A DNA stretch of 64,000 nt from the human T2T-CHM13v2.0 reference genome, Homo sapiens. Below are positions 52,001 to 64,000 of this stretch, piece after piece. The notes under the pieces were generated by a model. That model did no database searches and was not told where the DNA came from. It worked only from the letters and a program-made list of their open reading frames with translations. The stretch is from the NCBI RefSeq assembly GCF_009914755.1, contig NC_060932.1. One strand, written 5' to 3'. The translations under genes and the position numbers were made by a program. Each line of letters starts with the position of its first letter. The first letter of the stretch is position 1.

Positions 52001-53280
52001 ATTCCCCTGTCTGTTCAGTCACAGTCAGTGTTAATGGGAGTGAAAAAGAGGCCTTTGAAGAGAGCATTTGCTGCAAATAAAAACAGCATTCTCTAGCTCA
52101 GTGATCCACTGTCCTCTGCCTCCCCAACAGAAGACGACTCATTTTGTCCATTTGGCTCCCTGGGGCTGCAAGTTTTGTGATCTATTTTCTCACTCTTAAC
52201 CCCGCCACACCCCACTTCAATTCACTAATTCACTTCTAATATTATTCTTTCAACCTACTGGCATGATTCAAAAGTAACTTAATTGATGTAAGGAAGATTT
52301 AGTATTCCATCAATGTATGTGTCCTAACCCGGTTGATAATAAAATTTCAAGCTGGCTAAACAGAGGCAAGTGATGGTCTTTCATAACAATCAGATCAAGA
52401 CATACAGAGAAACACAAAATTCACAGGAAGACAGACAAACATGCTGGAATGTCAGGAAAAGTCCAGAAAATATTGTTCCCTAGAGTGCCCATTACTTAAA
52501 ATGTAATTTTTTATTTCTAAAACCATCAGCAGCTCCAATTTCCAGGAAATTAACCAACTCATTGCTTAAGACCTGGTCAGTTAAGCCCCCTCTGTCTGCA
52601 CAAGGAGCTCCTTTATAAGAACACTGTATGGGAACACTACTTATGGTGTAGTGTATTGTAAAAAGAAACTCTTTCACTTTGGTTCTATTATTTAAGTCAA
52701 GGTACACTATTAAAACTTACCTTTCCTTTGCCATAAGGACACACAATGAGGACAAATCAATCCTGAAAACTCTTTAAACACCTCCTCTCTTTTATGTTTT
52801 TCCAATTTTAAGTAAATCTTAAAGTCCTAAATTTCTGAAGTTTCATAAAGATAGCTCACTGCCTTTTTTACTTCCATTCCTTTTTCCTACATCAGAACTT
52901 TCTAGTGGCAAATACTACATCCTATATCATGTGACAGCAAATCAGATTTGGGTAGCTCCAATATTAAACCAACACCTGTTCTCACCACTTCTACTTTAGC
53001 CTTGTCTGTGAACAAGAGTTTTAATTGTATCCTAACATTTACAAATTTGAGTACAAAAATGGAAATAGCCAGTTATGAAACAATCATAAATGTTCTCTAA
53101 TGAAAACCACACTCTCCCACCTGAATTATACACATAGGTGGTTTTACCCAGAGAAATTTAGGACTAACTTAGTTATACTGCAAGATTGTATTAAAAATAA
53201 ATATTTTAATAAGCTTACATTGATTACCCCGTATGTAATATTTTTAAAAAATTGAAAATGCAAATAGTTTTGACACTTAC

Positions 53281-53383
53281 CTGTAGGAGGACCTTCCTCC
53301 CATCCTTCTGCTCTCTTAATTCGATGTGCAGTGAATCCTAAGCAGATATTGACTCCAACGGCAAAAGTGAACAGGGATATTAT
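53281..53383 (-). CDS. ENPP2: ENPP2 exon 2: signal-peptide core and furin-type site RIKR
   Basis: TTAG|ATA ATA TCC...ACA G|GTAAGT; IISLFTFAVGVNICLGFTAHRIKRAEGWEEGPPT; 103 nt. Confidence 0.98.
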
Positions 53384-53603
53384 CTAAGAGAATAAAGAGA
53401 CCAAGTTGTCAAATACAGCTGGAGAAGACTAAATCAAATTACACAAAGGTGATTCAAATGGCTTCAATATCAACACCCAATCCTACCACTTCCAAAATGC
53501 ATAATAAGGTGCTATCTTAATTTGCACAACAAAAAGGAAAATGCCAATCAGTCACTGATTCTGAAGATCAAGCATGTCCCCCGTCATTCCTCCGTTCTCC
53601 CAC

Positions 53604-53636
53604 CTGACACGACTGGAACGAGCTCCTCCTTGCCAT
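53604..53636 (-). CDS. ENPP2: ENPP2 exon 1 coding part (MARRSSFQSCQ), start of signal peptide
   Basis: Minus strand cgacATGGCAAGG...TGTCAG|GTGGGA; 33 nt, phase 0. Confidence 0.98.
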
Positions 53637-53900
53637 GTCGAGGATTCTTGGAAAGCCTTTTGCAGCGTGTTCTCTTTGCCTTCACGGAGTGCACTGCTTT
53701 GAGGCTCTGGGTTTAGTCTATTAACTATAAGCAATCCCACCTGGGAGGTTGACAGACTCCTCTGATTTGTCCAGAGCTTGATTACATCACAGGGTGTTCA
53801 CAAATCGCAGCTCTGAGCCTAAGAGGCTTAAGCTATCATCCCCCTTATCCCCGCCCCCTTACAGGTCCCTCCCCTAACCCACAGACACTTTCATGTGGTA
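53637..53900 (-). promoter_or_regulatory. ENPP2: ENPP2 5'UTR and proximal promoter
   Basis: Directly upstream of the ATG. AT-rich TATA-like TTATAGTTAATA (~53719-53730), TGATGTAAT (53781-53789), GATA site (53844-53849) abutting GC box CCCCGCCCCC (53849-53858). Exact TSS cannot be determined from sequence. Confidence 0.75.
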
Positions 53901-54456
53901 TCCTCTGGCAACAGGAGGGTTTGTTACATTGCCGTGGCCCATAACAGTGCATGTTCATTTTCCTTTCCTCACAAAAACATGGTTTGTCAAAAAGAAACCA
54001 AATGCATTTCATCCGATAAAAATGAAAACAGGGCTGTGCAAGGGCTTTCCACCAGCTTTAAGCTTTTAAGGTTTACAATGCAGTCATTCAATGGCGTCAA
54101 CCTCACCACTTTATTTTTTTAAGCAAGGAAAGTTTTATCATTTATAAACCTAATAACGTTCCTGTCTTTCCCATCTATTTATTTTGCTGGCAGTTTGAGC
54201 GACCCTGTCCCTAGTATCACATTCTCAGCTACTTCTGCCTCCTTGAAAGTTTCTCATGATGAAATTTCGCAAAATTGTAACTAACATAAAAGATAACATT
54301 ATTTTCCCCATGCTGTGGTTCAAGTTTAGAGAAGTAACTTTTATCAAAATACTGGAAATGCCAGCCACGCAGCATAAAGTCCTTCTGCCCTGGGAGGACG
54401 GACAAAATAACTTCAGTCTCTGCCTCTTCTTCCCGTAAAGACTGTCAGCTTGTTTC

Positions 54457-54520
54457 GGGCGGGGCGGAGGAGGGGGCGGTTTTTGAGAGGCAGATGGGTG
54501 GGGGAAGGGGATGGCATGGG
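54457..54520 (+). promoter_or_regulatory. Upstream GC-box cluster and G-tract array (G-quadruplex potential)
   Basis: GGGCGGGGCGGAGGAGGGGGCGG followed by GGGTGGGGGAAGGGGATGGCATGGG, ~0.85 kb upstream of the ATG. Confidence 0.5.
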
Positions 54521-55582
54521 AAGCTTTATTAGCAATTGAATTTAGGAAGGAAATCTCAATGGCAGCAAGAATTGAAATGTCAAGAATTGTTTCCCTAGTT
54601 ATTTCTTGGTTAAATGTAGCCACCAAATACTGTGTCCTTTGAGGCTATTGTGGGTACTAAAGTTTCTTTACTAAGCAATTTGGCAACCAGCACACTTTCA
54701 AAAGAAAAAATCAAGGGCTCTAAATCTGAAAGTTGTTTAAATATTACATGCCTTCAGGATTCAAATGAGGGAAAAAGATTTGTTTTTGGCCTCTTCCTCA
54801 GCAGGTCCAGTGACCATCTTTTCTTCCGCAGCACATGTGTTCGTGCGTAAACAAATACGAGACTTACCATGCAACAAATTAGTAACAGAGTAGTGGCTCT
54901 GCTCAAATAAAACATGATAGCACAAAAGCAAAAACTTGTTTATAGGGGGTTGTACAGTAGGCCTGGGTTTCATTACAGATTCTTAGAATCTAGTAATATC
55001 TAATTGAAAAAAAGAAAATACACATACTGCCAAACTGTTAATTGCCTTTCTAAAATCCTTTTAGTTTTGCACTGTTGCAAAGAGGACAGGCTTATACATT
55101 TTTATATGTAAGCCTCTTGCTTTTGTCTGTATGCCATACTGAACAAATTTGGAGTAGGGTATTTAGCAAGGCTTATAAAAGATGTTAACTCCATGAAAGA
55201 TTTTCCTATAATTTATGTTAAATTTCAAGATACAAGCCAGACATGATAGAGGAAAACAATAAACCCCAAAGAAAAATATCAAGGCAATCCTGTTATTTCA
55301 TTATATGCCACAGTGCTCTAAATGTTCTAAAAACAAAAACAGCCTCTTCTTTTGCCTTGCCAGAGTCTAACAACTTTTGACTTTGTCTGATATTTGATTG
55401 TATAAACCTAGCTAGAAGACAATGAGGGTTCCCTTGGAAAAAAAGTTAGGGTTCAGGAGCTGAACATCATCCATTTATTTTTCTCTTATATGCAGACTAG
55501 CTGGGCAGGGGGAAAAGCTGTAATAGCCAAGTTGATCTGCTTGTTACCCAATATCCAAAAGAGTTGACCTCAGCCACTATTT

Positions 55583-55901
<319 letters not shown>

Positions 55902-56490
55902 CCTCAGCCACTATTTCTGTTAACCGTTCTGCCAAAGAACTTTGTCTTTTACCAGCTTGTTGTGCATAAGGAACATGTTAACATGAACACATACACGCAC
56001 ACACACAAGCATATATGTGCATACACACATCATTTTGCCACAGTTAAACAGATTTTTACTACAAGATTATTGTTATAAATTAACTGTCAGGAGAATGACC
56101 AAGATGACCAAAGTCCCTACCTCGGCTATCAAATTAACTACAAAATAAAATTATCCCTCATTACCTAAAGCTGAAAAAAAAAAACAAAAAAAAGCTTCAC
56201 AGTGCATAAAGTAGGTTAAGAAATTCAACTAAAATGACTGGAATTAGTCCAAAACCTTTTGTAAGAAAACTAAATTATGAGAAGTTCACTTGCTATGGTG
56301 TTTAAGATTTTGTAATAAGGACACATGTGGCTGGCTCAGTAAACAAGAAGTGCATAAGAAAGACTGAAAAATTAAATTCCAACATGGTTTATTAGCCCAG
56401 CCATATTTCAGAGAACACTGCCCCCTGGCAGAAGAAAACCTAGAACTAGAAACAAATCTTTGTCAACAGTCTCAGTCCCTAGAAATCATT

Positions 56491-56680
56491 CTGTGGTTTT
56501 CAAATTTTATTGGGTATCAGAATCACCCTGGAGCCTTGTTTAAAATGCTGATGTTTATGTCCTGCGTATCAAGATCCTGATTCATTAGGTCTGGCAGGTG
56601 GGGAGAAGAAAGAGGAGTTTAGAGGTCAGACAAGAACTGGCACAATAGGTTACTTTGATGAAAGTCAGATAAGAACCACG
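56491..56680. mobile_element. MER5-like fragment
   Basis: GTGGTTTTCAAA...ATCAGAATCACCCTGGAGCCTTGTTTAAAATGC. Confidence 0.6.
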
Positions 56681-57059
56681 TTTATGGAGATAAGACCTGG
56701 TTCCTGCAGCAGACGTGATTGACTGGCTTCAATAATTGTGGTCTGGCAGGAAAATTCAACATAGGGATAAACAAAAAACTATGATTCCCAGATAGGAAAA
56801 ACTGATGGCTAGAGGATCTTATCCACTGAGAGGAGGAACTTGCAGTTAGATCATTTAAGGTCCTCCTGATTTCAGACATCCAGGCAACGCATAATATAGA
56901 GCTTTAATTTTAGGCCATGCTCCACTTGATGCCTTGATCTATTTATAACTGGATGATGACCTGAGACTTCTAGGAAATCTAGAAGTTTTGCTTCTCAATT
57001 TCTCCGTTACTTCCTTCTTTGGGGTTTAAACGACTTTTTGGTATACTCTTTTGAATACC

Positions 57060-57335
57060 CATTTTCAAGCTCACCACTTCTTTCTTCTGCCTGCTCAAAT
57101 GTACTGTTAAATCACTCTAGTAAATTTTTTTATTTAAGTTAGTGTACTTTTCTGCTCCAGAATTTCTATTTGTTTATTTTTTGAATTATTTGTTTACTGA
57201 CATACTTTGTTTAGGGAAACATTGTTCTCTTCATTTGCTTTACTTTTTGTTCATGTTTTTATTTTTAGTTTTTTTAATATGCTAACGATGGTTGACATAA
57301 AGCCTTTGTCTAATAAATACAATATCTATGTTTCC
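57060..57335 (-). mobile_element. Old L1 fragment
   Basis: TTCTGCCTGCTCAAATGTACTGTTAAA...TTTTCTGCTCCAGAATTTCTATT. Confidence 0.55.
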
Positions 57336-58459
57336 TCAAAAAAAAGATAAGTACCACATTTGGAGAAGTAGAGCATTATAATAAATTACTCTGAATTAAT
57401 GTATTTATGCCCTGCATGTTGAATTGTTTGGCCTAATTCATATGGAATTTTAATATGTTATTAATAGCATTCACTATTAATTGGACATTAAAGTTTAGAT
57501 CTCTTAAAAACAAACTGTGGCTTTTCTTCCAGGGGACTCATCTCCAAACTGTAAGAAGCAGAGTAGTATTTTATTTACTTTGCTGGTGACACAAAGCAGT
57601 AGTGTGTGTATTGCTTAATTGTAATACAGTAGTTGCATTTATATAAATGCACAGTCTATCTTTTCATGAAATTATTCTATGCGTCCTTGTTCCCTAGCCC
57701 TGATGAAGATAAGAAGGCTTGAGGTTAACAGTGAGATTTGAAAGATAAGTGATAGAGGGTTGTCGTTCTTGCTTCCTGAAGTAATTAATTGTCATGAACT
57801 GATTGAAACTGTATCTACACCCAGAGTTTCTCATTATGCAGAACTGACATCACTAGATTTAACATTATTCCCAGAATAATCCTAAGATTATGTATGATGT
57901 TAGATAATTATTAACCATGTCATTTTCTGTAGTATCATTTAGCAGTAACTATAGCGCATACACTACAAAAGTAAGAAAACACCATATATATTCTTCTTAT
58001 TCTATCTTAAAAGTCTGTTGTCCTGTTTTTAAGTTTTGCTGTGGTTGAGAACTATTAGAAAATTCAGATAAAAACTGGACAACAGTCTTTGCAAAAGGAT
58101 TTACTAGTCTAAACTGAGCAGAAAATTTTGATGGCTAATAGAGGAACAAGCTGGCTCAATTGCTCCCACAATCCAGGACTGCAAACATGTATAAGTCTTA
58201 CAGTTACAATTCTAAACCACAAAAGCAAAGTTTTATGGGTAGTCTATGGTCCCACAGGATTCTCCAGTAGAAGAACAGCATATACCTGTTCAAATGCAAA
58301 CTAGACTTGTGCTATTAATTGTTACACAGTCGAAAGCTGACATCAACACTGTTGCAACTTTCAATGACTTTAACTTATGGCATAAATTTTATGCATTACA
58401 TTTACTCCCTATGGAATCTACACATGAGCCCCGACACCAGAATAATCTCTGCCCTGTAT

Positions 58460-59260
58460 GAATGTTGCACAAATATTCATTAGCTTCTACAAGGTACCAA
58501 GCACTCTTCTGGGAACTGGTCGTACTACATAGGGAGCTGACCCACACATAGCTCCTGCTCTCCACATTAATCAAGTAGACACAGAAATAAATGTAAAATT
58601 ACAACTGTGGAAAATGAAGAAATATAGAGGTAAATCATGATTTGAGCAAATATCATTCAGATTACCTAGTCAAGAGGGTCAGAGAAGAATTTGTGGAGTA
58701 AGTGTTCATTGAGCTGCGATTGGAAGGGTGTGTGGGAGTGAGTAACCAGATTAAGAAAGGAGCAAAGACTTCTAGACAGAGGAGAGAGAACAGGCAAAGA
58801 TCCTGTGTAAGATGGAGGTATGGCACATCCACGAGACAAAAAGGCAGCCAGTTTGACTAGTGCAGGGAGAGCAGAAGTGAGTATAGAGAGAAGTGAGACT
58901 GGAGAGGTTAACAGAGGCCGGTCATGTGGGGCCTCCGAGGTCATGTTAGGTGATATTGTCTTTACCCTAAAGGCAACAAAAAGCCCTTAAAAGGCTTAAG
59001 CAGGGGGAGGCTTAATCAGATTTTGAAGCATTAATCTCTGCACGGTGTAGATATGAATCAGAGGGAGTCAAGAATGGATATAGCAGATCAGTTTGGAAAC
59101 TCTGGCAGTAAGCCAGACAAAAGATCATGACAGCTTACACAGAGGAGGCTATGGCGGCGTGGAGAGGAAGACAAGTGGGGGAGTTAGGAAAAAAGACTTT
59201 TTAATGAACTGGATATGGGAGTTGAGGGGCAGGAAGGTATTAAGTATGACTCCTGAATTA
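58460..59260. mobile_element. L2 fragment
   Basis: Purine-rich L2 3'-region motifs (GAGACTGGAGAGGT, CTTTACCCTAAAGGCAA, AAGTATGACTCC). Confidence 0.65.
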
Positions 59261-59443
59261 ATAGATACTTAATGATTATGATGACCATATATATACTCAG
59301 TGAAGTCACTTCTTTTCAATTAGATCATAAGAAAGACATGGGGATAGGTATCCATTTGCTAACACCCTAGAATTAAATAGTTACAATAAGGGACAGAGCT
59401 AATAGCTTTAAACCATTTTCTGCTGTGACTGGAGATTACTAAA

Positions 59444-59448
<5 letters not shown>

Positions 59449-59504
<56 letters not shown>

Positions 59505-59540
59505 GATATATATATATATACACACACACATATATATATA
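59449..59540. repeat. Compound (TA)n(CA)n microsatellite
   Basis: Direct read. Confidence 0.95.
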
Positions 59541-60391
59541 CTGGACTTTAAACACTAAAAATGCATTTATTCATATTGAGGTTTTAAAAAGCATTCCCCC
59601 TAGGAAATAACTCAGCTTTGTTCCTAACTCTAGCTCATAATAAAACATTTTAAAATTCAAAACTCAATGTAACTATTTCTTTTCAGCTACTCTAAACCCT
59701 GCATGCTAAGTGTCCAGATGAATGGAGAAAATTTCCCCTTTCAGAAGGGCTGAGTCGCCAGCAGGCTTGTAAACCACATGAAGGTTTTCATTTTTGAGTC
59801 TACTTTATAATGTGACTATGTGATATATGAACACAAATGAGTGACAGGATAATTAGGAAAAACAACTGTTTTACCAAAAGTTTTACCCTAGGGTTGACGA
59901 CTCCCATATTTTACCCTCCAGTCTCACTCACATAGGCAGGCTACAAACTCCACTTGCAGAGAAAGAAATGGAGGTTCGAAGAGTATGGGGCATCTCCAGA
60001 ATGGTCAGATAATTGACTGAGCCAGTTCTAAAAACCAGGTCTCCTATGCCAGCTCAGTCCTCTTTCCGCCGCAGCGTGATGCCTCTCTACTACACCACAC
60101 GAGGGCCTCCACTCAACACGTCCAAAACGCAGCTACCTACACAACAAGTTCACCCTCCCAATTTCATTTCTTTTCAGGAAAACCTTAAACTCAACTCACT
60201 TTTTGTTCATTTCAATCCTTTCCTCTCTTGTTTCTTGCCAGACACCATATCTACAGATTCTAGTTAATAATGACAACTACTGCCATCCTTTATCAGGTGC
60301 TGTTAGTTCCTAAATTTTCTTCCTATGTGATAATGTTTAGGTTCATCCCTTCAGCTTCATTATTCTGGACACACATTAGAAGGTCCTCTCA

Positions 60392-60681
<290 letters not shown>

Positions 60682-60824
60682 GGTCTTTTCATAACTGCTC
60701 TTCCTGTTTGTACTCTCTGTCCCCTCTGACCACCATTTCATTAAGTTCTCTTTTATAATTTATTCCCATTCATTACCCAGAAAGCCCTAAACAATATGCA
60801 AATCTAATGATTTTCCTTCTAAAC

Positions 60825-61118
<294 letters not shown>

Positions 61119-61162
61119 TTTTCCTCCTAAACTTAAAACTTTTCTGTTTGGCTTCCTATCAA

Positions 61163-61345
61163 AGCAGTTCTCAAAGTATGGTCCCTGGATGAGCAGGGTT
61201 AGAATGACCTGGAAACTTGTTAGAAGTGCAAATGCTTGGAGCCTGCCTCATACCTACTGAATGAGAAACTCTGGGTTAAAGCCCAGAATCTGTTTTCGCA
61301 ACTCCACCAGGTGCTTCTGATGCGAGTTTGAGGCCCACTGACCTA
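61163..61345. mobile_element. MER5A-like hAT DNA transposon
   Basis: CAGTTCTCAAAGTATGGTCCCTGG...CCTGGAAACTTGTTAGAA...ACCTACTGAAT..GAAACTCTGG...AGTTTGAGGCCCACTG. Confidence 0.8.
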
Positions 61346-61847
61346 GAGGGTAAATTCAAGCTGCTTAACCAGGCTCATAGGACCCTAGATCCAAAACTAA
61401 ACTCCCTAAATTCAAATCCCAGCTCGACCACAGTTTAACTGTGAGACCTTATATGACCCTTAGGCAAATTACTTCTCCATCCTAAAACTCAGTTTTCTTG
61501 TCTGTTTCCATCTCATAGGATTCTTGAGAGTATTACATGAAATAATCCATGTAAATCACCTAGCACAATGCCCAGCATAGAATAGTGTTCATAAATGTTA
61601 AATTTTCTTAATTAGAGAACTATTTTCTGTTCCTTGATTAAGTTGTGCTCTTTCATACCTCCATTCCTTAACATACATTGTTGCTTTGGCCTAGAATGCC
61701 CTTCTCCACCTAATTTCCCTGGCAAATACCAACATATTTATGAAAATTCAAGTCAGGTGTCACTCCGCTGTGAGCCTCCCCAGTTTTGCCCTCATCTTCA
61801 CACAGAACAACAATGAACTGTGTTACCATATTGTCTGTAATCTCTCT

Positions 61848-62143
61848 CTTTTTTTTTTTTTTTTTGAGACAGAGTTTGGCTCTGTCGCCCAGGCTGGAGT
61901 GCAGTGGCACAATCTTGGCTCACTGCAACCTCCGCCTCCCGGGTTCAAGCAATTCTCTGCCTCAGCCTCTGAAGTAGCTGGGATCACCGGCACCCACCAC
62001 AACACCCAGCTGATTTTTGTATTTTTAGTAGAGACGAGGTTTCACCATCTTGGCCAGGCTGGTCTTGAACTCCTGACCTTGTGATCCACCCACCTCAGCC
62101 TCCCAAAGTGCTAAGATTACAGGGGTGAGCCACTGCGCCCAGC
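61848..62143 (-). mobile_element. AluS
   Basis: TSD GTCTG(T/C)AA(T/C)CTCT. Confidence 0.93.
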
Positions 62144-62547
62144 CCGTCTGCAACCTCTTTTAGGGCAGCTCCATCCCTTTTGATCTCTCCAAATGCAGGG
62201 ACCAATTATCCTTGCACTACACAGAGCTTTTCACCCTGCCTGGAATATAATAGGAACACAATAAATATTTCCCAAGTGAACTACTTGGCACAAAGAAATT
62301 TGACTTGTAGTACTTCCTCTGTTATTCACTAGCTTTGTCACTGCAAACCCAAGCCTCTTCACTTGTAAAGGAGAGTTAGCAGGCTAAGTGGCTTTTAGCC
62401 ATATTTTTTAACATTAAAACTTTGTTTCCAAATAAAATCTTAAAATGAATACTTTTCTCTCTTAGGGTTCCCTGTTTTTTCAGTATTTCTTGTCTCAGGA
62501 ATAAGAGCATAAATTCTTAGAGAGCAGGGGAAAAAAGCAATGTGCTA

Positions 62548-62973
<426 letters not shown>

Positions 62974-63614
62974 TCACACAGGGTTGATATGAAGACCAAA
63001 TGATGTAATAATGCATGTTAAGCAAGTACCTCAGTGCTAAAACACACAAAATAAACAAATATTCCCCATTACTCTATATATAAGAGAGCAAGGTCTGTGT
63101 CATCTGCTATCGTGCTCTCAGCATCTTCTAAAGTGCTGGGCATAGAGTGCTTAGTAGTGACATGGGTTCTAAGAAAATCCCTTTATTTATGGAGAGATTA
63201 TATGTAAGTAAAGTTAAAAATGTTTCAATCCACCTTTTTCACATTCTTTTTAACCTTATGAGAAAATGAGCAGCTCTTATGTGGCAAAGGGTAGGGTGAT
63301 TCTGGAAACAGCTTTGAAGGACACATTTCAACCACAATAATAAAGCCCCTCTACTTGGATTGGAAAGCCCCAAAAAGTTGAGATTTAACTCAATGAATGT
63401 GTTTCGATTCAAATCTAAAAGGAAGTTTACACTTGCCGCTGCAAAGGTGTCATCACGTGCTTACCAGCACAATGGAACTCTCTCAGGGAGGAAGCAAAAC
63501 TGCCATTTCTGTGATTCCCCTTGCAATCATACAACAGTGAAGGGCATTCAACAAACTAGGAAGAGAGGACAACTTCCTCTGCCTGATAAAAGGCTTCTAC
63601 AAAAAGTCCAGAGC

Positions 63615-63960
63615 TAACATCATCATATTTAATGGTGAAAGACTGAATGCTTTCCCCTAAGATCAGGAGCAAGACAAAAATGTCTGTTTTTACCACTTCT
63701 AGTCAACTTTGTACTTCCAGCCTGAGGAATTAGGCAAATAAGTAAATAAATGAATGCCATCCAAATTGGGAAGGAAGAAATAAAGCTATCTCCATTCACA
63801 GATCTTGTATATAGAAAATCCTAATGAATCTACCAAAAATAAAAAGTGAAACTAATGAGTTCATGAATGTTGCTTGATATAAGACAAAAATACAAAAATC
63901 AGTTGTATTTTTATACACTAACAATAGACAATCTAAAAGTTAAGAAGAAAATTGCATTTA
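63615..63960 (+). mobile_element. Old L1 ORF2 (reverse transcriptase region) fragment
   Basis: ACATCATATTTAATGGTGAAAGACTGAATGCTTTCCCCTAAGATCAGG...TATATAGAAAATCCTAA is typical L1M ORF2 sequence. Confidence 0.85.
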
Positions 63961-63961
63961 T

Positions 63962-64000
63962 GGCCGGGCACGGTGGCTCATGCCTGTAATCCCAGCAATT
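63962..64000 (+). mobile_element. Alu 5' end (cut by window edge)
   Basis: GGCCGGGCACGGTGGCTCATGCCTGTAATCCCAGC. Confidence 0.92.

Overview
This is primate (most likely human) genomic DNA covering the 5' half of ENPP2 (autotaxin, the secreted lysophospholipase D) on the minus strand. I mapped the proximal promoter and 16 coding exons by hand. All have GT-AG boundaries and join in frame to give codons 1-456 of the beta isoform, plus the 156-nt alpha-specific polybasic exon 12. The gene continues beyond coordinate 1. Intron 5 holds a sense-oriented processed cytochrome c pseudogene with ancestral-type residues and an almost intact ORF. The rest is about 31 Alu copies (many with visible target-site duplications), plus MIR, L2, L1, MER5 and LTR relics and simple repeats. 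Most ORF-track entries are Alu or low-complexity artefacts. I found no new biological system. The best leads are candidate unannotated or cryptic ENPP2 exons and several local templated duplications, all of which are inferences needing RNA-seq or alignment tests.
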